Part shown: piece by piece, positions 1 to 9,467 of the stretch
Numbering within the stretch: position 1 is the stretch's first letter
Layout: each line of letters opens with the position of its first letter
Translations under genes and position numbers: made by a program
Notes under the pieces: model-generated
What the model saw: the letters and a program-made list of their open reading frames with translations, nothing else
Told to the model about the DNA's origin: nothing
The model's database searches: none
NCBI GenBank assembly: GCA_963702475.1
Contig: CAVPCT010000003.1
Coordinates: 864,001-928,000 of the forward strand
DNA from: an uncultured Thermoleophilia bacterium
Lineage (GTDB): Bacteria > Actinomycetota > Thermoleophilia > UBA2241
DNA length: 64,000 nucleotides
Reading direction: 5' to 3'

Positions 1-89
1 GACGTGGCTTAGGGGTCACCCCCCCGCACTACACGGTCGATTCATCCTTGCAGACACAAGGCCGTGGGGCTCGAACAGAGGAGACTGGC

Positions 90-476
90 ATGGGATGCGA
101 ACTGAGAGCCGCCTGCCTTGATTGCCGCACATCGTTCACAGTGTTTGAGGGCGGCGCCGTCTTCTCCCACGCGCTTCGCTGTGAGGAGTGCGGCGAGACG
201 AAGTTCATCAGCCTCTTCGAGCTGGGTGGCCACCACACACGCTTCGTCAAGGGTCTTCGTGGAGCCTACAGCCACTGCACGGAGCCCTGGGATACCTTCA
301 TCCATGAGCATGCTCCGGTCGATCCCATCACCGAGACTGAGTACTACGCAGGAATCGAAGCCGTTGCCGGACGCTGTGTTTGCGGAGGCAAGTTCACGCT
401 CACTGCGCCCCCCCGCTGTCCCGCCTGCTGGTCCACGAACATCAGTACAGGCGCGGTAGTCATGTTCTACGACTGA
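90..476 (+). CDS. Hypothetical multi-Cys zinc-ribbon-like protein
   Basis: ATG at 90 with GAGGAG RBS at 78-83; CLDC, CEEC, CVC and CPAC motifs. Confidence 0.7.
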   Translation: MGCELRAACLDCRTSFTVFEGGAVFSHALRCEECGETKFISLFELGGHHTRFVKGLRGAYSHCTEPWDTFIHEHAPVDPITETEYYAGIEAVAGRCVCGGKFTLTAPPRCPACWSTNISTGAVVMFYD

Positions 477-574
477 CGATGCATTGCCAAGGCGACGGCA
501 GTCAGACGATTCAGCTGCCGTTGCTCGCGCCCGATACTAGGAGCAGTCTCGAAGACAACCGCACTGGGGGGGTC

Positions 575-1522
575 ATGGGGAGCGCTCATGTGCTCGGGCA
601 GCCGCATCGAGGGAGGACTCTCCGGCGAGGCAGTCTTCTGCTGTTGTTGACGATGGCAATCGCGCTCCTGATATCAGGCGTCGCCAACGCTTCAGCCTCT
701 TGCGAGATCAATGACAACGATGAATACACGAACTCCCGGTACGTGACGGTCAGCTTCTACCACGGTTTGAACAAGGAGTTCCGGATCGGTGATTCGTCGT
801 ACTTCGGCACCTACGACCCATGGTATGCAATCCCCTACACCGACGAGGCAGACTGGGACCTGGGCTCAGGAGACGGCTCGAAGCGCGTCTACATGCAGTT
901 CAGAGTGGATCCGGACGACACGTATTACGACAAGTGCGACGACTCGATCAAGCTGGACACCACCCCGCCGACCACGACAGCGAGTGACGACGAGTCGTGG
1001 CTCGACCCAGCAGAGACAGTGACCGTCACGCTGTCGGCGAGCGACGGCTACAGCGGCAGCGGGGTGGATCGCACCGAGTACTCGCTTAGCGAAGGAGCGT
1101 ATTGGACTGAGTACAACTCGTACTCGAAGATCAAGGTGACGCGCTGGAACCAGACCCTGTACTACCGCTCTGTCGACAAGGCGGGCAACGTGGAGGAAGC
1201 GCACAGCGAGAAGTACAACGTCGATGTCATCGGACCCTCCTGCTACGTTGAGTCGAACACCGTGAAGCGCGGGCGCATGGGCTACATCAACTACTCGTCC
1301 TACGACAACGAGAGCCCCAAGACCGACACCACCATCACCGTGGCTACGCTGAGTGGGGTCACTCAGATGACTCTTCACTCCGGGTTCGTGAGCAAGGGCT
1401 CACGCCACTGGGACTTCCGCGTGAAGCTCGCTAGGGGCAAGTATCGGCTCACGATCACCGGCGTCGATCTCGCCGGCAATCTGCAGTCGCGCATCGGGAA
1501 CGCTTATCTGCGCGTGAAATAG
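575..1522 (+). CDS. Secreted protein with Ig-like/OmpL47-type beta-sandwich domains
   Basis: Hydrophobic signal peptide ending ANA-SA; LDTTPPTT, SGSGVDRTEYS, YRSVDKAGNVE and DLAGN motifs typical of Ig-like repeats. Confidence 0.75.
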   Translation: MGSAHVLGQPHRGRTLRRGSLLLLLTMAIALLISGVANASASCEINDNDEYTNSRYVTVSFYHGLNKEFRIGDSSYFGTYDPWYAIPYTDEADWDLGSGDGSKRVYMQFRVDPDDTYYDKCDDSIKLDTTPPTTTASDDESWLDPAETVTVTLSASDGYSGSGVDRTEYSLSEGAYWTEYNSYSKIKVTRWNQTLYYRSVDKAGNVEEAHSEKYNVDVIGPSCYVESNTVKRGRMGYINYSSYDNESPKTDTTITVATLSGVTQMTLHSGFVSKGSRHWDFRVKLARGKYRLTITGVDLAGNLQSRIGNAYLRVK

Positions 1523-1564
1523 CCGAGCTAGGACGCGGTTCCGGGTGGGCAGAAGAGGTTAGCC

Positions 1565-2275
1565 GTGCTTCGTCTCATCACCTGGAACTGCCGCGTCGGC
1601 GGCTTTCGCTACAAAGCCGCGCATGTGGCCGGACTGCGGCCCGACCTGCTAGCGGTGCAGGAGGTAGAGCCGCTGGAGCAGGTGCTCGTTTTCGGCGGAG
1701 AATGTCAGCCGACCTATCGAGACAGGATTGGCGATCCGGCGTTTCCCAGGCGAGCGATCGGCGTCTTCTCGTACACTGGCCTGGACATCCAGCCTGTCGA
1801 CCTGGAGGCGCCGCTCTATGCGTTCCGTCGCTACGTCGCCAGCAGGCCGGGACTCGAGTTCAATGTGATTGCCACTTGGACTGCTGCCACCAAGGACGCC
1901 GCGACTTCGTATCGTCAGGCGCACCAAGGTGTCGAGGCGCACGTCGCGTGGATCCAGGAGCGGCCCACCGTGATCCTAGGCGACCTCAATGACAACGCCT
2001 CGTTTCGGGGAACTCGTTGGTCCGATCTGATGGCTCAGCTCGAGCCGCTCGGCCTCGTCAGCGCCTACCACTACTTCTATGGGGAGGCACCAGGATGCGA
2101 GACAAGACCTACGCACTTCTGGCGTGGTGACGGGGCCGCAACCTTCCATCTGGACTACTGCTTTCTCCCTAGCCCGTGGCTCGCGCGTGTTCGGGATGTC
2201 TGCGTTGGGGAGTTCTCGCCCGCATGGAAAGAGGTCAGCGACCACGTGCCACTCATCGTGGACCTTGACTTGTGA
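1565..2275 (+). CDS. Endonuclease/exonuclease/phosphatase (EEP, ExoIII-like) family protein
   Basis: TWNC, QEV, GDLN, HLDY and SDHVP catalytic motifs. Confidence 0.85.
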   Translation: MLRLITWNCRVGGFRYKAAHVAGLRPDLLAVQEVEPLEQVLVFGGECQPTYRDRIGDPAFPRRAIGVFSYTGLDIQPVDLEAPLYAFRRYVASRPGLEFNVIATWTAATKDAATSYRQAHQGVEAHVAWIQERPTVILGDLNDNASFRGTRWSDLMAQLEPLGLVSAYHYFYGEAPGCETRPTHFWRGDGAATFHLDYCFLPSPWLARVRDVCVGEFSPAWKEVSDHVPLIVDLDL

Positions 2276-2325
2276 AGCGGCGCTGACTCGTCCTAACCAG
2301 GTCTTGCCGTGTCGCGTACGCCAGC

Positions 2326-2605
2326 GCCGACAGACCGCCGACATCATGCTGACAAGAGGTCCCGCCACCAGTCACTACGAGACAGCACCACACAGCTTGG
2401 CAACATCATGGAAACCTGGACTGTGCAGCACTTACCCGCACTGAAGGCCTCCATGCAGACGCTCCCCTGACGTCTGCAAAACCTCCATCACCGGTTCGAC
2501 TCCGGTCGCCGCCTCCAACGCTCTCCCTGCCCAGCGCGATTTCCTGTGGTGTGCAGTAGCACACCTCGTTTCTGATGCGGCGATTCTGCCGACATCTTGC
2601 CGACG
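2326..2605. repeat. Arm-type-like direct repeats GC(C/T)GAC(A/G) at 11-bp spacing flanking the tRNA fragment
   Basis: GCCGACA 2326, GCCGACA 2337, GCTGACA 2348; GCCGACA 2588, GCCGACG 2599. Confidence 0.55.
2472..2517 (+). tRNA. 3' fragment of tRNA-Cys(GCA); non-functional, probable att core
   Basis: ctGCAaa anticodon loop, ccgg-TTCGACT-ccgg T-arm and gccgcctCCA end present; no matching 5' acceptor strand or D-arm upstream. Confidence 0.8.
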
Positions 2606-2788
2606 AGACTCAAAGAGACTGGAGGATACGGAGGATACGGCTCGGCACTCCTCGGCAGGGAGGCCGCTCATCCCCGTACCGGGTCAGTGTAGGCTGTCCG
2701 CAGGATCGATCTGGAGCCGGCTCAGGGACCGTCTGTTCAGGGCAATGTGACCGGCACAGAACAGCACGCGGAGGACGCAGGCAACGAT

Positions 2789-3745
2789 CTACTTGCTCGT
2801 GTCGAACACGATCTTGCCCTGCACCCCGCCCGCTTCTTGACGCTGCTGGACTTCGCCGACCAGGGACAGCGGCATCACGGAGTCGATGATCGGTCTGATC
2901 CTTTCTTGTTCGATCAAGGTACGCAGGGCTTCCATCTTCTGACGGGTCGGTTCGATGAAGAAGAACATCATGTCGATGTTCCGACTCCAGGCCTCGAGCA
3001 GGTTCTGGGCAGCAGTGATATCAACGATCGAGACAAGCCGTCCGTGATTCTTGAGGACAAAGGGGCTTCGCTCCACGGTGTTCCCGCCGACAGTATCGAG
3101 GACCACATCCACTCCTTGACCGTCAGTCTCCCGGCCGATCACGTCCTCGTAGCTCTCCACCTTGTAGTCGATGACCACATCGGCGCCCAGGCTCTCCACG
3201 AACTCGACGCTCCTGGTGCTGCAGGTGGTGAAGACCTTGGCTCCAGCAGCCTTCGCTATCTGTATCGCAACCGACCCGACGCCGCCGGCACCGGCGTGAA
3301 CCAGCACGCTCTCACCGACCTGTAGCTTCGCCCTCTCGATGAGACAGCCATACGCCGTGCCGAATACAAGGGGCAAGCTCGCGGCCTCGAAGTGGCTGAC
3401 GTTCTCTGGTTTGAGCGCGACGATGCTCTCATGCACGAGGTTGTAGTCGGCGAATGTCCCGGGCCTGGTGAACAGTTCCATCTCATAGAAGACCTCATCA
3501 CCGACCTTGAATCTCGTGACGTCGGACCCGACCGCTTCCACTACACCAGCAGCATCGATTCCGATGATCGCGGGGCATGATACCCATTCCTTGTAGTCAC
3601 CTCTTCTGGTCTGAAAATCACAGGGGTTGGCGGAGGTAGCCACGATCCTGACTAGCAGATCGCAGGGCCCAGGTTCAGGCTTTGCGACTTCACGCTGCTC
3701 GAATACCTCAGGACCGCCGAAGGAAGTGAGGACCATTGCTTTCAT
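2789..3745 (-). CDS. Zinc-type alcohol dehydrogenase-like/NADPH:quinone reductase (MDR family)
   Basis: MKAMVLTSFGGPEV start, NPCD, AGAGGVG nucleotide-binding motif, GKIVF end; GGAGG RBS. Confidence 0.9.
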   Translation of the reverse strand: MKAMVLTSFGGPEVFEQREVAKPEPGPCDLLVRIVATSANPCDFQTRRGDYKEWVSCPAIIGIDAAGVVEAVGSDVTRFKVGDEVFYEMELFTRPGTFADYNLVHESIVALKPENVSHFEAASLPLVFGTAYGCLIERAKLQVGESVLVHAGAGGVGSVAIQIAKAAGAKVFTTCSTRSVEFVESLGADVVIDYKVESYEDVIGRETDGQGVDVVLDTVGGNTVERSPFVLKNHGRLVSIVDITAAQNLLEAWSRNIDMMFFFIEPTRQKMEALRTLIEQERIRPIIDSVMPLSLVGEVQQRQEAGGVQGKIVFDTSK

Positions 3746-3760
3746 TTCGCCTCCAGTACC

Positions 3761-3958
3761 TCAGGTCGCCAGGCTGCGCTTGTAGGTGATGGCCGCCACG
3801 CGCAGAGCCCACGCGCTCGTCCCCCTCAGGATGTAGGGCTTGAAGTCGGCGTCGGTGAGCGACTCATCATACTTCGCGATGCGCAGAGCAGGGTCGCGCT
3901 CCCCGGGTTTGAGTTGGAGTTGCCTGAGCGAGGCGATGGCAACGCGATTTCCCTGCAA
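3761..3958 (-). pseudogene. Probable 3' remnant of an unknown gene directly upstream of the MDR gene
   Basis: Coding-like frame ends 15 nt before the MDR start; no convincing start or RBS; abuts the Hsp20 fragment. Confidence 0.3.
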
Positions 3959-3986
3959 TCACCGGTGGGTGCACGTCCATTGGCCG

Positions 3987-4198
3987 AGACCGAGCAGTAC
4001 CAGAGTACGGAGTGGCACTACGGCGCCTTTCAGCGCAGCATCACGCTGCCCCACAGCGTGAAGCGCGACGCGATCGAGGCGACTTACGAGAACGGCGTCG
4101 TCGAGGTGCGCGTGCCCAAGGCCGCGGAGGTCCTCTCGCAGCGCATCGAGGTCAAGGCCAAGGGTGGTGTGAGCGCGCTCGACGCGCCCGTCGAGTAG
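3987..4198 (+). pseudogene. Hsp20/alpha-crystallin C-terminal fragment (5' truncated)
   Basis: YGAFQRSITLP...IEATYENGVVEVRVPK...RIEVK is the Hsp20 C-terminal half; N-terminal half and RBS absent. Confidence 0.75.
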
Positions 4199-4223
4199 GC
4201 GCGGGCGGCAGCGAGGGCTTGAG

Positions 4224-4259
4224 CTACTTCGTCGCGAACACCAGCCCCGCGATCAGCGC
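4224..4259 (-). pseudogene. Extreme 3' remnant of a tyrosine integrase gene (ALIAGLVFATK*)
   Basis: Resembles the C-terminus (ECIAGLVLAE) of the integrase remnant at about 13.5 kb; lies next to att-like repeats. Confidence 0.4.
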
Positions 4260-4360
4260 TGGACTCCAACCTCCACTGTTTGTGATGGGCATGTTGGCGA
4301 GGTTGTTGGCAAGGCCGGGACTCGTTTAGCCCGTACATCCTCGCCGACCCGGCACGAACA

Positions 4361-4392
4361 GAGGCCCGCCGCCCTCACGGGTGGCGGGCCTC
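4361..4392. terminator. GC-rich hairpin, probable terminator
   Basis: gaggcccgccgccc-tcac-gggtggcgggcctc inverted repeat downstream of the 4430 ORF. Confidence 0.55.
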
Positions 4393-4429
4393 CAGGTGTT
4401 TGCCGTGCTAGCGGGTTGCTGACGGGAAG

Positions 4430-5130
4430 CTATGCGTCGACCAACCCCAAGATCAGGTCCATGGTCTGCTGCGTGATGACACCGCGGCGCACGAGATCCG
4501 CCAGGTGGTTCGTGAGGGCTTTGAGCGGTGCCTTCTGAGCCTGGACCATGATGCTTTGGGCCACGCCTTCGTTGGGCAGGGCACCGTTGGCGACCAGGGC
4601 TGCGAGCATGTCGCTGGGCGTCCCCGGTACGATGAAATCCACGTCGGCGGAGGTCGTGTCCATGTCGTCCTCGGACACGGCGGCTCCGACGTGCATGCCC
4701 GAGATAAGGTCGACGCCGATGGTGGAGAAGTCGGCGGCCCAGTTGCCGTTGGCGTCCGAGGTGACGTAGAAGCCCCGCCAACTGTCGTCCACCAAGGCAT
4801 CCACCGAGACCACCGCGTTCGACGGGGCGAGGCCGATCACGGTGTCGTCGACGAAGACGGGGTCGACCGAGAGGGCCACGAGCGTCACCTCTTTGGTGAC
4901 GGACACCGGCCCAAAACCGACGTCCTGGTCCCAGGGGTCCAAACCAGATACCGAGACGTACATCCCCGGCACGAGATCGACGGTGTCTCCCAGGTATGCC
5001 TCGAAGTTGCCCCACTCGTCGATCTGCAGGGACCCGTTGTACAGGGTGTCTCCACCCGGTGCTGCTTTGACAACCATCGTCGCTGAAGACCCCGGCAGGA
5101 ACTGCTGGCCGTAGACGTTGGTCAGTCCTG
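4430..5130 (-). CDS. Hypothetical protein (beta-rich domain plus C-terminal helical domain), start uncertain, possibly 5' truncated
   Basis: Strong codon bias from about 5130 to the stop; no clear start, RBS or signal peptide. Confidence 0.55.
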
Positions 5131-5324
5131 ACCGGACGCTGTGCACGTGTGGGCGCGGTCCCCGGAACGGTGGCCGGTCACGAGAAGAGGCCCGCTGCCC
5201 GTGAAGGCGGAGGGCCTCTGTGTGCGGCAAGCGGCCTGGACTCGGCCGTTGGGCCGCCGGGCCGTCACTCTTGATGCCCGCGAACAGGCCGGTCCTGCTG
5301 TTGCGGGCCTTCCTACCTTGTCCG

Positions 5325-6170
5325 CTATTGCACGCGGAACTGGCGCGTCGGCGACACCACGAACATCCACTCTTCCGTGCTCTGCGTGCGGAACTTCACG
5401 CGGAACACGCCGAGCTCCCTCGGCGTGAACCGGTAGCTGAAGGTGCCCGTCGCGCTGAGAGCGCGATACACGATCGTACGTGTGACCCACTTGTCGGCCA
5501 CCCGCTCCTGAACACGGATGATGGCCTTCACACCGATGTCGGCGGGGCTCACGGTTCCATTCGCTGTGACGCTGTGGCCGATCTTGACGGTGCCGTTCTT
5601 CACGCCCTGAAGCTTCAGCTTCAGTACCGGCATCATCAGCGATGGCACGGTCACAGCGGGCTTGAAGAGGGCGGTGCCCCCTCCGCTCCGTCCCCCGACG
5701 TGGCCCTGGGCGATGGCACGGTAGGTCGCGAAGCGCGGCGGTGAGGCCACCGTGAAGGCGAAGCGGCCCTTGGCTCCTGTGGTCACCTGTCCCAAGTCCG
5801 TGAACGCGGTCTCACCCCAGGCCCGCTCCTGCAGGTAGACGACGACGCCAGGGTGAACGCGAACGATCCAGAGATCGACGCCGACGCCGACGAACCCAGA
5901 CAGCCGGTGTAGTCCGCTTACGTAGGGGATGCGATCAAGGAACAGCCACGGCGATCTTGCGTGCGGATGTGGCACGACCCAGTCGGTGTGGCAGACGGTG
6001 CAATCGCTGACGCTGGCGACGAACGGCGTGTGCGCCGCTGGGGCACCGTTCGTCGGCGGCACGGCGGTATGGCAGTCGCAGCCATCCCGGGCCAAGGCCG
6101 GAGCCGCCCCGCTTGCCAGGGCGGCGGCGGCCAGGCAGAGGACCGTGACGAGAGCGAACGTAGGTCTCAT
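5325..6170 (-). CDS. Secreted putative c-type cytochrome with C-terminal beta-sandwich domains
   Basis: Signal peptide (ALA-R); CDCH and CTVCH motifs; GGAGGGAGG RBS. Confidence 0.7.
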   Translation of the reverse strand: MRPTFALVTVLCLAAAALASGAAPALARDGCDCHTAVPPTNGAPAAHTPFVASVSDCTVCHTDWVVPHPHARSPWLFLDRIPYVSGLHRLSGFVGVGVDLWIVRVHPGVVVYLQERAWGETAFTDLGQVTTGAKGRFAFTVASPPRFATYRAIAQGHVGGRSGGGTALFKPAVTVPSLMMPVLKLKLQGVKNGTVKIGHSVTANGTVSPADIGVKAIIRVQERVADKWVTRTIVYRALSATGTFSYRFTPRELGVFRVKFRTQSTEEWMFVVSPTRQFRVQ

Positions 6171-7424
6171 GCCTCCCTCCTTGGTGTTCCCCGCTCCGGC
6201 TCGCTGCGGTGACGCTCCCTTGTGTGGGCTCGCGCCGCTGACCGCCAGGCGGCGGCAGGCAGGTAGCGAGGGCTGGTTCAGATGCGCCCGCAGGGTCGTC
6301 CCATAGGGAACCCCCAGTGCCCCTCGGCTCCAGGACTCCTGAGCGGCTCGGCCTCAAGAGGCGCGAAGACCGGCTCACCGGGCCGGTCTCACCAGTGGCT
6401 CCCCGCCGGACTGCGGTGGCCGCAGTAGAAGCGTCCGACGGATCACTGCCTCCCGTACCGACGAACTGCTCATGTCGGGAGTCTCGTACCCTTTGACGCT
6501 ACCCGTCTCGCCGAGACGCAGTCCCGTTAGGCGATCGTCACCCTTGCGGGCCGACCGGCGCGTGGCCTCCTGTGGCGCCTGACCGGACGCTCCGCCCGCT
6601 TGGGCGCAGTCCCCGAAGCGGGGCCGGTCACCTGGAGGGAGGGCGGCTACGCAGCCGACACGATCGTGTATCGCGTGCGGCACTGCATCCGAGCCTGGAA
6701 GTCGCCGCCGCCACGCAGTTGCCATCCTCTGAGTGCAACGCGGCCGGGGAGTGGGATCCCAGGTGGGCGTTGCGCTTCAGCGACGAGCGCGGATGCCCAT
6801 GGTCTCGCGGGGTCGGCGGCGCGTCGGGGCCGACGATGCCCCTCGAGGCACGCAGCCGCGAGAGGCTGGTTGTGGCGTCGGCATGTTGTCGGCCGGGTCT
6901 CAACATGCGCCGCAAACAGGCGGTTTTGCGCACTGTGCCTTTGGCGCACCCCTCAGCTCGTGGTAGCGTGCCTCCGCCCTGACCGGCATTCGTGCGGCAT
7001 GCTGGACGGATTTCGAGATGCTTGGCAAGGCCGAGCAGTTCAACCGGTCTCCCCTTGCTCTCGGTCTTCCTGAAGCACGATCATCCAGACCCCGCGGCGC
7101 GAGACCCGATGGCCTTCAACGTGTGCGCTCTGGGACCTGCGGAATCTCCGCGTCCACTATGCTGTTCCCCTTGTCGAACTCCGTACCGATTCGACTGAGT
7201 GGGACAACCCACCATTGACGGAAGCTCCGAGATGGTACGTGCGACCGCTCCACCCGGACCGAGCTTCGTCTTCTTCGCAGCCCGCAGCTCAATGCCACCG
7301 CCCAGGAGAGATTCAACAGCTTCGTCGAGTGGCGCCCGCTCCCGATGGTGGTCTTTCAACATCTGTGCGTGATGTTCAAGACGATAGACTCCACTGCGTT
7401 GTCGCTGATTGCCCAAATAGACCC

Positions 7425-7946
7425 GTCCGCTGCCGCCCCTACCAGCGTGGTGCAGCTCGAGAGGATGTGGTTCAACACCGACATCCGACCGATCATGCCC
7501 ACGATATGCGTGCCCACGGGGACCCGTGATCCTCTACACGCATCGACCAGCGGCCGCGAGGGACTGCCAGCTGGATCCTGCACGACACCGTATCCAGAGG
7601 ACGCGGCGATGATACATCGCCGCCCGCATCCCCGGCTGCCGCCGAGTCGAGCTGGACAGGAGGGCACTACACATCCCCGCTGACATGGAACGCTACGTCT
7701 CCACTCTGAGGCGTTCATCGCCTCGGCCAGGGAGGAGGAGTTGGCCCTCGACCGCCGGCTCAGCACCGTCGTCTTCACCGACATCGTCGGCTCCACGGAG
7801 AAGGCGTCAAAGCTGGGCGACCACCGGTGGAAGGCGTTGCTCGACCGCCACCACGCCACCGTCCGCAGTCTCTTGACCCGCTACCGTGGAACAGAGATCA
7901 GACGACCGGCGATGGCATCTTGGCTACCTTCGACGGCCCCGCTCGT
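7425..7946 (+). pseudogene. Degenerate alpha/beta-hydrolase-class III adenylate/guanylate cyclase (LipJ/Rv1900c-like)
   Basis: Frameshifted pieces ERMWFNTDIRPIMPTICVPT, YIAARIPG, LDRRLSTVVFTDIVGSTEKA..LGD.RW..LL.RH and GDGILATFDGPAR. Confidence 0.8.
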
Positions 7947-8899
7947 GAGTCGAACAGCGCGATCGCTCGCGCAGCTGTCGGCGTCAGCCGCCGACGGTGA
8001 TCATGTGGCCGAGCGCTTCGCCGCCGGTGGCCCGGCGGCCCTCACGAGGTGCGGCCCGGCCGCGGCCGCAAGCCCACGATCTCGGCCGCCAAGGTCAAGG
8101 CGATCGTGGCGGCCACGACCCAGACCGTGCCCCCCGGCGAGACACACTGGAGCTGCCGCACGATGGCCAAGGCCAGGGCGTGAGCCCGGCCACGGTGCAG
8201 CGCATCTGGGACGCCCACGGCCTGCAGCCGCACCGCACGCGGGCCTTCAAGCTCTCCAACGACCCGCTCTTCGCCGAGAAGCTCAGCGACATCGTCGGGC
8301 TCTACCTGAACCCGCCCGAGAAGGCGCTCGTGCTGTGCGTCGACGAGAAGAGCCAGATCCAGGCGCTCGACCGCACCCAGCCGAGCCTGCCGATGAAGAG
8401 GGGCCGCGCCGGCACCATGACCCACGACTACAAGCGCAACGGCACGACGACCCTGTTCGCCGCGCTCGAGCACGCTCGACGGCAGCGTCATCGGCCAGTG
8501 CCTGCCGCGCCACCGCCACCAGGAGTTCCTCAGCGTTCCTGCGCACGCTGGACCGCGAGTTCCCGCGCGGGCTCGAGCTGCACCTCATCCTCGACAACTA
8601 CCCGACCCACAAGCACGCCAACGTCGCTGCCTGGCTCGAGAAGCATCCGCGCTTCCATCTCCACTTCACGCCCACCACAGCTCCTGGCTGAACCTCGTCG
8701 AGCGCTGGTTCCGCGAGCTGCACCGAGAAGGCTCTGCGCCGTGGCGTCTTCCCCAGCGTGCCCGACCTCGTCGCCGCCATCGACGCCTTCCTCGAGGCCC
8801 ACAACGAGGACCCCAAGCCGTTCGTCTGGACGGCCTCCGTCGAGGCCATCCTCGAGAAGGTCGGGCGCTGCAAAGCTGTTTTGGCAGACAGTGCACTAG
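7947..8899 (+). mobile_element. IS630-family transposase pseudogene (multiple frameshifts, 5' end missing)
   Basis: [70 protein letters not shown]; ends in ..GCACTAG. Confidence 0.9.
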
Positions 8900-9467
8900 A
8901 ACTGGACTGAGTACTCCATAGAGCTGTAGTCGCCGGTGCTGATCGTGTCGGCTGCAGACCAATCCCCGCCGGGCGCATAGTCGATAGAATGCTCGGCCAT
9001 CGTCTTGCCGGTATCCGACTCCTTCTTCGCAGAAGAAGACGAGCAGGCAGCGTTGAAGGGCTTGCACCCTGTCGAACTCCAACTCCACGGTGATCGTGCT
9101 TCGCGCCTCGCCGCAATGTGGCGGGCGCGTAGAGGAGGCCACCCAAGATGCCCAAGAGCGTCCGAGAGTCGAGACTGAGGTTCACGTCGGATTCCCGGAC
9201 GGCCACGTCGAGGTCTGCGATGACCTAAGCTTCTCCAACGAGGAGGCGGAGCGGAAGCTCAGCATGTTCTACTATCGGGCGGAGATGCAGTGCTGTGAGG
9301 TTCTGAAGACCGTCATCAATGGTCAAGAGTACGGCTGCTGAATCGGACTCAAGTCGTCGAGGCGGCGCAGACTCAACCGTTCTCGTCACTGACGCCACTC
9401 CCAGAACGGCCGCGTCACCCGATGTGTGGCGGCCGTTCCAGTGCAATTGGAGCAAGGAGGCACCGCC

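Noticed and set aside
2440-2517. Functional tRNA-Cys gene
   Set aside because: No 5' acceptor strand complementary to cgccgcc and no D-arm; only the 3' half is present.
6300-6570. Named riboswitch (c-di-GMP-I, cobalamin, Moco)
   Set aside because: Only isolated sub-motifs (GCCTAA/GGTAGC, GCCACTG, GCCTCCCGT) without the required flanking consensus; kept as an unassigned candidate.
8900-9341. Short ORFs after IS630 (e.g. 9090-9341 +)
   Set aside because: No recognisable motif or clear start; may be gene debris, not supportable.
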